DNA of 64,000 nucleotides from Phyllobates terribilis (taxonomy: Eukaryota), in contig NW_027362770.1 in the NCBI RefSeq assembly GCF_046119375.1, positions 187,550,001 to 187,614,000 of the forward strand, given 5' to 3'. Below, piece by piece: positions 1 through 12,541 of this stretch (positions are counted from its first letter, which is position 1; the number at the start of each line of letters is the position of its first letter). The notes under the pieces were generated by a model. That model saw only the letters and a list, made by a program, of their open reading frames with translations, was not told the origin of the DNA and did not search any database. The position numbers and the translations under genes are program-made.

Positions 1-3000
1 GTAGATGATTGCTATTGTGGCGCCTGTGTAAAGGGATCAGTAGATGATTGCTATTATGGCGCCTGTGTAAAGGGATCAGTAGATGATTGCTATTATGGCG
101 CCTGAATAAAGGGATTAGTAGATGATTGCTATTGTGGCGCCTGTGTAAAGGGATCAGTAGATGATTGCTATTATGGCGCCTGTATAAAGGGATCAGTAGA
201 TGATTGCTATTGTGGCGCCTGTGTAAAGGGATCAGTAGATGATTGCTATTGTGGTGCCTGTATAAAGGGATCAGTAGATGATTGCTATTGTGGCGCCTGT
301 GTAAAGGGATCAGTAGATGATTGTTATTATGGCGCCTGTGTAAAGGGATCAGTAGATGATTGTTATTGTGGCGCCTGTGTAAACGGATCAATAGATGATT
401 GCTATTGTGGCGCCTGTGTAAAGGGATCAGTAGATGATTGCTATTGTGACGCCTGTGTAAAGGGATGAGTAGATGACTGCTATTGTGGCGCCTGTGTAAA
501 GGGATCAGTAGATGACTGCTATTGTGGCGCCTGTGTAAAGGGATCAGTAGATGATTGCTATTGTGGCGCCTGTGTAAAGGGATCAGTAGATGATTGTTAT
601 TATGGCGCCTGTGTAAAGGGATCAGTAGATGATTGCTATTGTGGTGCCTGTATAATGGGATCAGTAGATGATTGCTATTGTGTCGCCTGTATAAAGGGAT
701 CAGTAGATGATTGCTATTGTGGCGCCTGTATAATGGGATCAGTAGATGATTGCTATTGTGGCGCCTGTATAATGGGATCAGTAGATGATTGCTATTGTGG
801 CGCCTGTGTGAATGGATCAGTAGATGATTGCTATTGTGTCGCCTGTATAAAGGGATCAATAGACGATTGCTATTGTGGCGCCTGTGTAAAGGGATCAGTA
901 GATGATTGCTATTGTGGCGCCTGTGTAAAGGGATCAATAGACGATTGCTATTATGGCGCCTGTGTAAAGGGATCAGTAGATGATTGCTATTATGGCGCCT
1001 GTGTAAAGGGATCAGTAGATGATTGTTATTGTGGCGCCTGTGTAAAGGGATCAGTAGATGATTGCTATTATGGCGCCTGTGTAAAGGGATCAGTAGATGA
1101 TTGCTATTATGGCGCCTGTGTAAAGGGATCAGTAGATGATTGCTATTGTGACGCCTGTGTAAAGGGATCAGTAGATGATTGCTATTGTGGCGCCTGTGTA
1201 AAGGGATCAATAGACAATTGCTATTGTGGTGCCTGTGTAAAGGGATCAGTAGATGATTGCTATTGTGTCGCCTGTATAAAGGGATCAGTAGATGATTGCT
1301 ATTATGGCGCCTGTGTAAAGGGATCAGTAGATGATTGCTATTGTGGCGCCTGTGTAAAGGGATCAGTAGATGATTGCTATTATGGCGCCTGTGTAAAGGG
1401 ATCAGTAGATGATTGCTATTGTGACGCCTGTGTAAAGGGATCAGTAGATGATTGCTATTGTGACGCCTGTGTAAAGGGATCAGTAGATGATTGCTATTGT
1501 GGCGCCTGTGTAAAGGGATCAGTAGATGATTGCTATTATGGCGCCTGTGTAAAGGGATCAGTAGATGATTGCTATTGTGACGCCTGTGTAAAGGGATCAG
1601 TAGATGATTGCTATTGTGGTGCCTGTGTAAAGGGATCAGTAGATGATTGCTATTATGGCGCCTGTGTAAAGGGATCAGTAGATGATTGCTATTGTGGTGC
1701 CTGTGTAAAGGGATCAGTAGATGATTGCTATTGTGACGCCTGTGTAAAGGGATCAGTAGATGATTCCTATTATGGCGCCTGTGTAATGGGATCAGTAGAT
1801 GATTGCTATTGTGGTGCCTGTGTAAAGGGATCAGTAGATGATTACTATTGTGGTGCCTGTGTAAAGGGATCAGTAGATGATTGCTATTATGGCGCCTGTA
1901 TAAAGGGATCAGTAGATGATTGCTATTATGGCGCCTGTATAAAGGGATCAGTAGATGATTGCTATTGTGGTGCCTGTGTAAAGGGATCAGTAGATGATTG
2001 CTATTGTGGCGCCTGTATAAAGGGATCAGTAGATGATTGCTATTATGGCGCCTGTATAAAGGGATCAGTAGATGATTGCTATTGTGGTGCCTGTGTAAAG
2101 GGATCAGTAGATGATTGCTATTGTGGTGCCTGTGTAAAGGGATCAGTAGATGATTGCTATTATGGCGCCTGTATAAAGGGATCAGTAGATGATTGCTATT
2201 GTGGTGCCTGTGTAAAGGGATCAGTAGATGATTGCTATTGTGGTGCCTGTGTAAAGGGATCAGTAGATGATTGCTATTATGGCGCCTGTATAAAGGGATC
2301 AGTAGATGATTGCTATTCTGGCGCCTGTATAAAGGGATCAGTAGATGATTGCTATTGTGGTGCCTGTATAAAGGGATCAGTAGATGATTACTATTGTGGT
2401 GCCTGTGTAAAGGGATCAGTAGATGATTGCTATTGTGGTGCCTGTGTAAAGGGATCAGTAGATGATTGCTATTATGGCGCCTGTATAAAGGGATCAGTAG
2501 ATGATTGCTATTCTGGCGCCTGTATAAAGGGATCAGTAGATGATTGCTATTGTGGTGCCTGTGTAAAGGGATCAGTAGATGATTGCTATTGTGGCACCCA
2601 TGTCTGTGGATCAGTAGATGACTGCTATTGTGGTGCCTGCGTAAAGGGATCAGTAGATGATTGCTATTGTGGTGCCTGTGTAAAGGGATCAGTAGATGAT
2701 TGCTATTGTGGTGCCTGTGTAAAGGGATCAGTAGATGATTACTATTGTGGTGCCTGTGTAAAGGGATCAGTAGATGATTGCTATTGTGGTGCCTGTGTAA
2801 AGGGATCAGTAGATGATTGCTATTGTGGTGCCTGTGTAAAGGGATCAGTAGATGATTGCTATTGTAGTGCCTGTGTAAAGGGATCAGTAGATGATTGCTA
2901 TTGTGGTGCCTGTGTAAAGGGATCAGTAGATGATTACTATTGTGGTGCCTGTATAAAGGGATCAGTAGATGATTGCTATTGTGGTGCCTGTGTAAAGGGA

Positions 3001-3170
3001 TCAGTAGATGATTGCTATTGTGGTGCCTGTGTAAAGGGATCAGTAGATGATTGCTATTGTGGTGCCTGTGTAAAGGGATCAGTAGATGATTACTATTGTG
3101 GTGCCTGTATAAAGGGATCAGTAGATGATTACTATTGTGGCGCCTGTATAAAGGGATCAGTAGATGATTG
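1..3170. repeat. 39-bp minisatellite (GTAGATGATTGCTATTGTGGCGCCTGTGTAAAGGGATCA)n, about 80 copies, truncated by window start
   Basis: Directly visible 39-bp period; gives the artefactual 857-aa (GSVDDCYCGACVK)n ORF; in-frame TGA variants occur in the same array near 104 and 466. Confidence 0.97.
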
Positions 3171-3419
3171 CTCAGTCTTTGATACGACTCTTGCCTTCTC
3201 CACCACAGCACATAATCCTCTCTGCTAAATGCACAGACCCATCTCAGTTACAGATATAGGTTCTCCTTGGTTACAGGCACACAATCAGCTCTGCTATGTT
3301 CCCTGCGCCCCTCTAACACAACTCTGTGAATAGAGCAGAACTTCACTGGGCCCAATCCAGCATGAACACTCCTGATCCACACACTCGGCTCTGCTGCACG
3401 CACACGAGTCACGTGTCCA

Positions 3420-3610
3420 ACTCCTCCTCTCGCCCCGCCCACCTGTGCGCCGCAGAGGAGACGTGAATTTAGCCGGCGCTGATTGGCTAAACATGAACCA
3501 ATCAGAGTCAGGCTGTTTTCCGCAGTGGCTTCTACAACTTCTCACAAGAGGAGGAGCCTCAGTCAGCAGCTTGTGCTGCACGTGATGTCACAGGGGCCAC
3601 AGGTAGAGAT
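3420..3610 (+). promoter_or_regulatory. Candidate promoter / non-coding first exon, possibly of a4galt
   Basis: GC box CCCCGCCC (~3433-3440), ATTGG (3482-3486), CCAAT (3498-3502), CACGTG near 3579, donor-like CAG|GTAGAG near 3603; 2.4 kb upstream of the a4galt coding exon. Assignment to a4galt is inference. Confidence 0.4.
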
Positions 3611-3647
3611 ATATGACCAAGTATGTTCATAGCCAATGTATTAGTGA

Positions 3648-4435
3648 CACCAGTGTGTGAGGGCCGTGTGCTGTATACGGCCAGTGTGTGAGGGCTGTGT
3701 GCTGTATACAGCCAGTGTGTGAGGGCTGTGTGCTGTATACAGCCAGTGTGTGAGGGCTGTGTGCTGTATACAGCCAGTGTGTGAGGGCTGTGTGCTGTAT
3801 ACAGCCAGTGTGTGAGGGCCGTGTGCTGTATACGGCCAGTGTGTGAGGGCTGTGTGCTGTATACGGCCAGTGTGTGAGGGCCGTGTGCTGTATACGGCCA
3901 GTGTGTGAGGGCTGTGTGCTGTATACGGCCAGTGTGTGAGGGCCGTGTGCTGTATACGGCCAGTGTGTGAGGGCCGTGTGCTGTATACGGCCAGTGTGTG
4001 AGGGCCGTGTGCTGTATACAGCCAGTGTGTGAGGGCCGTGTGCTGTATACAGCCAGTGTGTGAGGGCCGTGTGCTGTATACGGCCAGTGTGTGAGGGCCG
4101 TGTGCTGTATACGGCCAGTGTGTGAGGGCCGTGTGCTGTATACGGCCAGTGTGTGAGGGCCGTGTGCTGTATACGGCCAGTGTGTGAGGGCCGTGTGCTG
4201 TATACAGCCAGTGTGTGAGGGCTGTGTGCTGTATACGGCCAGTGTGTGAGGGCCGTGCGCTGTATACGGCCAGTGTGTGAGGGCTGTGTGCTGTATACGG
4301 CCAGTGTGTGAGGGCTGTGTGCTGTATACGGCCAGTGTGTGAGGGCCGTGCGCTGTATACGGCCAGTGTGTGAGGGCCGTGTGCAGTATACGGCCAGTGT
4401 GTGAGGGCTGTGTGCAGTATACAGCCAGTGTGTGA
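3648..4435. repeat. 31-bp minisatellite (GGCCAGTGTGTGAGGGC[C/T]GTGTGCTGTATAC)n
   Basis: Visible period; the minus-strand ORF repeats every 31 aa (3 units). Confidence 0.95.
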
Positions 4436-4539
4436 GTCTTGGGTCATTAAGGAGTTAAGCAGAATTGAGTTTGTAGCAGAGCCAACTAATTGTTGCGCTC
4501 AAACATCAGAGACGAGTATAATAATAAAAGTATATGGAT

Positions 4540-5262
4540 GTAGCAGAGCTGAAATTCTGTTGCTCATGTGTGCTGTTTAGCTAATATTGTGGCTCTGCTG
4601 AAGATGGTGGATGTAGCAGAGCTGAGTGTGTGAATGTAGGAGAGCTGAGTTTGGATGTAGGAGAGCTGAGTACGTGGATATAGCAGAGCTGATTAGGTGA
4701 ATGTAACATAGCTAAAAGTGTGGTGCTCATATGTGGAGTTTGGCTAATATTGGAGCTTTGCAGAAGATAGTTGATGTAGCAGAGCAGAGTATGTGGATTT
4801 ATTAGGGCTGAGTATGTGAATGTAACAATGATGAGTATGTGGATGTAGCAGAGCCGAGTATGTGAATGTAGAAGAGTCGAATATGTAGATCTAGCAGAGC
4901 AGAGTATGTGGATGCAGCATTGCTATGTGGATGTAGCAGAGCCGAGTATGTGAATCTAGCAGAGCTCAGTATGTGGATGTAGCAGAGCCGAGTATGTGGA
5001 TGTAGCAGAGCTGAGTATGTGGATGTAGCAGAGTATGTGAATGTAGCAGAGTATGTGGATGCAGCATTGCTATGTGGATGTAGCAGAGCTCAGTATGTGG
5101 ATGTAGCAGAGCTCAGTATGTGGATGTAGCAGAGTATGTGGATGTAGCAGAGTATGTGGATGCAGCATTGCTATGTGGATGTAGCAGAGCTCAGTATGTG
5201 GATGTAGCAGAGCTCAGTATGTGGATGTAGCAGAGTATGTGGATGTAGCAGAGTATGTGGAT
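4540..5262. repeat. Degenerate short-period tandem repeat (GTAGCAGAGCTGAGTATGTGGAT)-like
   Basis: Recurrent GATGTAGCAGAG/GAGTATGTGGAT motifs with 16-25 bp periods. Confidence 0.8.
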
Positions 5263-5279
5263 GTCCCAGCGATATGTTC

Positions 5280-5790
5280 ATAATCCAGACAGGCCTGGAT
5301 TATGGCCGGCCGCGACCAATCAGCGATTTTGGCGCCAAATTTAAACCCCGCTCTGCTAATTGGTCGCGGATGCCGGCCGCGATTAATCAGCATTATTGGC
5401 GCCAAATTTAAACACCGCTCTGCTGATTGATCGCGGTCGCTGAATGCTAAAACTGTCCTGTCTTTATTATTCTCCAGGTCATTACGAGTTCGTAGATACC
5501 AAACATGTAGAGGTTCTTTTTTATTTAAGTGGTAAAAAAATCCAAAGTTTTGCTAAAAAAAAATAATAATAAAATGGCGGCATTTTCCGAAACTCGTAGC
5601 GTCTCCATTTTTCAAGATCAGGGGCCAAGTGAGGGCTTATTTTTTTGCGTGTCGAACTGACGTTTTTATCACCCGTTATTGCATTTTATTTCAATGTTGC
5701 GATGGCCAAAAAAACGTAATTCTGGCGTTTAGAATTTTTTCTCGTTACGCCGTTTACAGATTGGATTAATTTTTTTTTATATTGATAGAA
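5280..5790. repeat. Dispersed-repeat fragment (probable non-autonomous DNA transposon remnant) with two tandem ~62-bp palindromic units
   Basis: CCGCGACCAATCAGC...GCTAATTGGTCGCGG hairpin unit duplicated at about 5308-5440, followed by an A/T-run-rich segment; family not identified. Confidence 0.4.
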
Positions 5791-5979
5791 CCCATACTTG
5801 ACCCCCCAAATACTCGTACTGTGTTAAATTTTTGGAAAATGTTGAAATTCATAAAAGTATTAGAGGGTCTTCAATGTCCATGATTACAAAGTTGACAATT
5901 AGGTTCTTCTGACCACATGAATTGACCTTTTTTTTCTCTCTTCTAGATAATCAAAAATTCTCTAATTTGACCAAAAAAC

Positions 5980-7032
5980 ATGTTATCCAACTATTTGTCC
6001 TCGGGACTAAAAATGAACTTTAAGTCATGGTTGATGTCATTGGCTTCCTTCAGTTTGCTTACCTTTGTATTCCTCTTCGTGTATCTAAAGTTCACGTCTG
6101 ACACAGAAGAAGAAGCCCACCTTCACCATTTACCCAAGGAGGTCACCTGCCCAGCTTCAATCCCGAATGAATCAGACAACTCTCCAACCAACACAACCAG
6201 TGGTGGTGGCATCTTCTTCTTGGAGACATCAGACAGGACTAGTCCGTCCTTCCAGGTGATGTGTGCAGTGGAATCAGCTGCCCGAGCCAATCCCCACACA
6301 AAAATAACCATCATGATGAACGGGTTAAGGGGCAACAACCAATCATTGCCTCGAAATTTTGGAATTTCCTTTCTTAGTTGCTTCTCGAACGTAGAGTTAG
6401 TTCCCCTGGACTTTAAGAAATTGTTTTCAGATACCCCTATGAGCACATGGTATTCCAAGGTTGAAAGACACGCAGAATTGGTCGACTACCCAACACTGTC
6501 AGACGCCTGCCGATTGGCCATCCTTTGGAAATGGGGTGGAATTTACCTGGACACTGACTTTATTATTCTCAAAAATTTACTAACTATCACAAATGCGATG
6601 GCCTTACAATCATTGTACATCGTTAACGGAGCCTTCCTCACCTTCCAACCTAGGCACAAGTTCATAGAGCTCTGCATGAGGGACTTTGTGAACACTTACA
6701 ACTACTGGCTGTATGGCCATCAAGGTCCTCAGCTTCTGACACGGGTCTACAAGAAGTGGTGTGGGACCCGTAGACTGAGGGACAAGAACAACTGTCAAGG
6801 GGTGAATGTTCTTCCCAAGGAAACCTTCTACCCAGTTGACTGGCAGGACTGGAAAAAGTACTTTGAGTTGATTGAGCTGGAAGAGATGAAGACATTGTTG
6901 AGGAACAGCTATGGGGTGCATCTCTGGAACAAAAAAAGCCAAGGACAACGTCTGGAGAAAGGATCTTTTTTGGAACATCTTCAGTTGGAGTATTGTCCTA
7001 CAACGAACAGTCTAATGAAGATGTATCTTTAA
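5980..7032 (+). CDS. a4galt: Lactosylceramide 4-alpha-galactosyltransferase (Gb3/CD77 synthase), 350 aa, single coding exon
   Basis: N-terminal TM segment (FSLLTFVFLFVYLKF), IFFLETSDRT motif, DXD motif GGIYLDTDFI, GHQGPQLLTRV, WQDWKKYFE and C-terminus YCPTT...MKMYL match recalled human A4GALT; acceptor TTCTAG at ~5946; linkage to cyb5r3 as in human 22q13. Confidence 0.95.
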   Translation: MLSNYLSSGLKMNFKSWLMSLASFSLLTFVFLFVYLKFTSDTEEEAHLHHLPKEVTCPASIPNESDNSPTNTTSGGGIFFLETSDRTSPSFQVMCAVESAARANPHTKITIMMNGLRGNNQSLPRNFGISFLSCFSNVELVPLDFKKLFSDTPMSTWYSKVERHAELVDYPTLSDACRLAILWKWGGIYLDTDFIILKNLLTITNAMALQSLYIVNGAFLTFQPRHKFIELCMRDFVNTYNYWLYGHQGPQLLTRVYKKWCGTRRLRDKNNCQGVNVLPKETFYPVDWQDWKKYFELIELEEMKTLLRNSYGVHLWNKKSQGQRLEKGSFLEHLQLEYCPTTNSLMKMYL

Positions 7033-7644
7033 GGATAGATCGAAGGAATTGTTACATAATGACCCAACCTTATCTACCAATGATCCACATTGGATAACCA
7101 CGCCTAAGGATCTTGAAGCCATGAGGAACTATAGTCCCTACGTTGACCACCATATTTGAGCCCATTGGTCTATTTTGTCAGTGGAGAGGTTAATTTTTGA
7201 CTGAGAGTCATGTTGTCTTTCTAGGAAGCCCCAGAGATGTTCCCATTGACCCTTCTGCATGACATAGATATAAAATTCAATAGCTATGTCTCCCATGCAC
7301 GTACATGCTCACTCCCGATGGGTAAAGGGGAGTAAGTCTGTACCAGACACTTCTGGTGGTAGCTCAGCTGCAATGACATCAAAAAGATTAGGCATGTTGA
7401 AAACCAACAGCTCCACCTTTTTTTTCCTTTGACTTGTCATTAGGGAAGAGTCAGGACACTTCTTACTATTCACACTACATGAATGTCCACTCCCACCATG
7501 TTGGCAGGTCTGGCTAAGATTGTACTAACTTGTATGGCCACCTGAGTGGGGTAGCTGCTCTTTGATTCTTTATATCACACCAGGAAGTTGTTTTTTTTTT
7601 TTTTTTTACAAATGGTGGGATATTTCCAATGTGATGAACTTCAT

Positions 7645-8965
7645 AGATGTCTTTCAGATGTAGATAAGTCTTTGGATGAGATGTCCTTCAAATGTAGATG
7701 AGATGCTATTCAGATGTGGATAAGTCTTCAGATGAGATGTCCTTCAGATGTAGGTGAGTCTTCACATAAGATGTTCTTCAGATGAGATATCCTTCAGATG
7801 TAGAGAAGTCTTCAGATGAGATGTCCTTCAGATGTATGTCTTCAGATGAGATGTCCTTCAGATGTGGGTATGTCTTCAGATGATATGTCCTTCAGATGTA
7901 GGCAAGTCTTCATATAAGATGTCCTTCAGATGAGATGTCCTTCAGATGTAGGTATGTCTTCAGATGTGATGTCCTTCAGATGTAGAGAAGTCTTCAGATG
8001 AGATGTCCTTCAGATGTAGGTATGTCTTTAGATGAGACGTCCTTCAGATGAGATGTCCTTCAGATGTAGGCATGTCTTCAGATGAGATGTCCTTCAGATG
8101 TAGAGAAGTCTTCAGATGTGATGTCCTTCAGATGTAGGCAAGTCTTCAGATGAAATGTCCTTCAGATGAGATGTCCTTCAGATGTAGGTATGTCTTCAGA
8201 TGAGATGTCCTTCAGATGTAGGTATGTCTTCAGATGAGATGTCCTTCAGATGTAGGTATGTCTTCAGATGAGATGTCCTTCAGATGTAGGTATGTCTTCA
8301 GATGAGATGTCCTTCAGATGTAGGTATGTCTTCAGATGAGATGTCCTTCAGATGTAGGCATGTCTTCAGATGAGATGTCCTTCAGATGTAGGCATGTCTT
8401 CAGATGAGATGTCCTTCAGATGTAGGCAAGTCTTCAGATGTGATGTCCTTCAGATGAGATGTCCTTCAGATGAGATGTCCTTCAGATGTAGGTATGTCTT
8501 CAGATGTGATGTCCTTCAGATGAGATGTCCTTCAGATGTAGGCATGTCTTCAGATGAGATGTCCTTCAGATGTAGAGAAGTCTTCAGATGTAGGTATGTC
8601 TTCAGACGAGACGTCCTTCAGATGAGATGTCCTTCAGATGTAGGCATGTCTTCAGATGAGATGTCCTTCAGATGTAGGCAAGTCTTCAGATGTAGGTATG
8701 TCTTCAGACGAGACGTCCTTCAGATGAGATGTCCTTCAGATGTAGAGAAGTCTTCAGATGTAGGTATGTCTTCAGACGAGACGTCCTTCAGATGAGATGT
8801 CCTTCAGATGTAGGCATGTCTTCAGATGAGATGTCCTTCAGATGTAGAGAAGTCTTCAGATGTGATGTCCTTCAGATGTAGAGAAGTCTTCAGATGTGAT
8901 GTCCTTCAGATGTAGGCAAGTCTTCAGATGAAATGTCCTTCAGATGTAGAGAAGTCTTCAATGTA
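7645..8965. repeat. Complex minisatellite built from TCTTCAGATG / GAGATGTCCTTCAGATG / TAGGTATG subunits
   Basis: Visible higher-order repetition of 13-34 bp subunits. Confidence 0.93.
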
Positions 8966-11064
8966 GATAAGTTTTTTATGGCCGCCTGTTATTATAGCTT
9001 ACCATTTTTAGTTTTAAATGAGTGAACAATATCTCATTCTGAGTTTATGGTGGCTGTAAATGGCGTCACATCGTGGAGCTACGAATATGGTTATTGTTAA
9101 CAATGGATGATGTAGCGGCATTTATACCTTACACGACAAGAAAGTTCTCATATTTATGTATCTCATATCTATGTTTCATATATATCTATCTCACATCTAT
9201 TTATCTCTGTATCCATCTACCTATCTCAAGATCTAGAAGAAGGGTCAGACCTTGAGCCGAAACGTTGTGTACCTTTGGCATGGAATACATTTTTGCTATG
9301 TTTGGAGTGCGACCTCTTTTTCTCCTATATCTCGCTATCACATCTTTAGGGTTTTGATCACAATCTGCTCTTAATGTGCCACCATTTATAGTCATGTGAC
9401 AACGATCGGGGCTTTTTTATGATGTGAATGGATAAAAAAAAAACACGTCATCGATGTACCGACCACGCACAGACCCCAGTCTGGGGTTTCCCTTTCTTCC
9501 CCTTGTTTACAGCTCTAGACCTAAAATCCTGCAATTCTAAATATTTTTGCACCATGAATTGATGGAAAAAAAAAAATCACAACCCAGATACAACGTGATT
9601 GCAACGTTGCCAACAGGCAAGGGGAATAATACATTTCTGCAGTATTGGCTTTATGGCGTAATATGACAATAATTAAACACATTTGGTCTATTTACCAAGC
9701 TATAAAAAGTCTTCACGCCCGTGGACATTGCTCTGGAGAAAATGACTTGCCTTAGGTTAAAGTGAAAAATGATTGCGCCCTAATCTATAATCAATACATT
9801 AATGATTGATAATGGATGGCAGATCTCTGCGCCCCCCTCTATGTCAGTGATCAGGGGTCACCTCTGTCGGCAATGACATGCCTGACTTCTCTACCTTCTT
9901 GGCAGCTGTGGGCACTCTTACTATTTTCCTATCCTGTTTTTCTATAACCTCGATGTCCCGCTGTCTTTTTTTTCTGGCTGCAGAATGAGTAAACTGAGAA
10001 TCTATCAGCGAGCTAATTTTGCCTGTAAAGTCTGCAATGCTTTTTTTTTTTTTCTGGCTTCTCTCAGCTGATTTATGACCAAAGTGGAATGTGCCGGTAA
10101 GCAAAGAGACTGTCGAAGCCAAACGGCGCAACGTTTTTAAATGTCACCCCCAGTTCCCAAAATTATTTTCACAAGGGTGTGAATACTTTTCATGCCACAA
10201 CTTCAGATTTTAAAATTTAAGGGTCTGAAGTCGACCTTATATTATACATATATGAGCTGTGCCCAAATTCATTAGAAAGGGTGTGTAAACTTTTGCAATA
10301 TGTTTTTTTATGGATACAATATGAAATATTTTATTAAGTCTGATAGGAGCTATGATGTCAAAGTGATATTCCCTCTTTCTGATATCCTACAGACAGAGGG
10401 AGAGGAGTAACAATAGCAGCGATATCAATCTGCGTAGGAGCTGCATACATAAAACGGTAGGAGTTAAGTTTTTATTATATTTAAAATCAAGATTATGAGC
10501 GAAGTTGCTTCATTTTTTTTTTTTTTTTTTTTTACTTTACATTCATAGGATCAATAAAAATAGTGATTGCAAAAGTTAACACACCTTTCCAGAGCTGATT
10601 CAAAGGGCGGTCATGGGACGTAAATTCCCACAATGTCGCCCGCAGCTTAAGACGCAGTAAAAATTTTTAGGATATTGTAAATTCTATTGTTTGAACCAGA
10701 AATCTATAAAGATAAAGACTAATGAGCGCGGCCGCGAGACGTGCAAAGGATGCGGGCGCCGCTTATCTCCTCTAGGACAGGAAGTCTACTCCAGAGGGAT
10801 CGTCCCCGGAAGATTCACCATCAAGGAGCCGGGAAAACATTAGATGACTGCCCCCTACTGGAGCTGCAATGTGAAGCCATGATAGACGTCACCCAACTTT
10901 TCCAGGACTTCTTGTGAATATAGAGGACAACATGTCGCGCACCGGCGTGTCCGAAACGATAAAAAGAAAACGCGACGTAAAGAAATAAATGTTATTAAAG
11001 TCACATAGGAAACAAAATAATTCACAGATTAAGACATTTTACACAAAGGATTCCTAAAATATCC

Positions 11065-12080
11065 ACTCAGTGACCTCTAGTGGCAGCATTAGTGTAGCAC
11101 CACTTCACTGTCTGTAGTGACAACTAGTGGCGAGTGAGTGCAGCACCACATCAATCTAGTCTGCAGTGACCTCTAGTGGCAGCAATAAGTGCAGCACCAC
11201 TTCAATTCACTGTCTGCAGTGACCTCTAGTGGTAGTAATAAGTGTAGCATCGCTTCAATCCACTGTCTGCAGTGACCTCTACTGGCAGCAAGAACTGTAG
11301 CACCACTCCAATCCACTGTCTGCAGTGACCTCTAGTGGCAGCAAGAAGTGTAGCACCAATCCAATCCACTGTATGCAGTGACCTCTAGTGGCAGCAAGAA
11401 GTGTAGCATCACTTCAATCCACTGTCTGCAGTGACCTCTAGTGGTAGCAATAAGTGCAATACCACTTCACTGTCTGTAGTGACATCTAGTGGTGAGTGAA
11501 TTCAGCACCCCTTTAATCCACTGCAGTGACCTCTAGTGGTAGCAATAAGTGTAGCATCGCTTCAATCCACGGTCTGCAGTGACCTCTAGTGGCAGTAATA
11601 GTGCAGCACCACTTCAATCCACTATCAGCAGTGACCTCTAGTGGCAGCAATAAGTGCAGCACCTCTTCAGTCCACTACAAGTAAACTATAGCGGCCAGTG
11701 GTGGTTTAACACTTCATCTATGGGCTGTAGTGACCCGTAATGGTCAGTGGTAGTATAACAAACACTTCTTCATCTACTGTCTGCAGTGACCTCTAGAGGC
11801 CTTTGGTCGTATTACACTCCATCCATGGTCTGCTGTAAACTCTAGTGAACATAGGTGACCTAAATCTCCTCCATTATTGGTCTAAAGTGATCTCTAGTGG
11901 ACAATAATGATATAACAATCCTTCATCTACAGTGGCCTCTAGTGGTCAGTGGTGGTATAACACCAACTATGGTCTGCAGTGACTTCTAGTGGGCACAGGT
12001 GAGATAACAGCTAGTGGTCAATGTTGATATAACACTCAATCTGTTTTCTGCAGTGACCTCTAGTGGCCTGTAGTAATATC
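11065..12080. repeat. Degenerate ~55-bp tandem repeat with core GTGACCTCTAGTGGCAGC (CTCF-like motif on minus strand)
   Basis: Roughly 18 copies of CAGTGACCTCTAGTGG separated by diverging spacers. Confidence 0.85.
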
Positions 12081-12541
12081 ACATCTTCCAGTTACTGTTT
12101 TGTGTTCACTAATGTGACTATTTTGCACCTCATAATCAATAACAAACATTGTAGATACAGGTTTTGAATGTATAACCTTCCATGGAGGTCAAGATACTTT
12201 GATGAAAAGGAACAGCGCCCTCCAGTGTTCATTTCTGATACAAAGTCTCATGGATTTTATTAACTTGAAATGAATGACGACATGAGAAATTACAAACATT
12301 TGCAAGAAAAAGGCACAAGATGGAAGCTCTGGTGTCACAAAGAGAAATCAGCAGCGTACACATGGCAACACTCCCTGCCCCTGTGATCCGGCCGTTCAGT
12401 GTTATCATAGGGACGTACAGTAACCAGTGAGAAGTACAGAGAGTGGCTCCTCTCCTTCTCCTGAGTCCCTTTACGTTACACACGTGGCATTTGTTATGTG
12501 TGTAATAAGCGCACGTGTGTAATCTATGTATGGGTGTAAAT

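Noticed and set aside
655-3228. 857-aa Cys-rich ORF (GSVDDCYCGACVK)n resembling a metallothionein or keratin-associated protein
   Set aside because: Translation of a 39-bp minisatellite whose unit is divisible by 3; the same array has in-frame stops upstream (~104, ~466), variants are mostly non-synonymous transitions, and there is no unique N-terminus. RNA-seq or proteomics would be needed to revive it.
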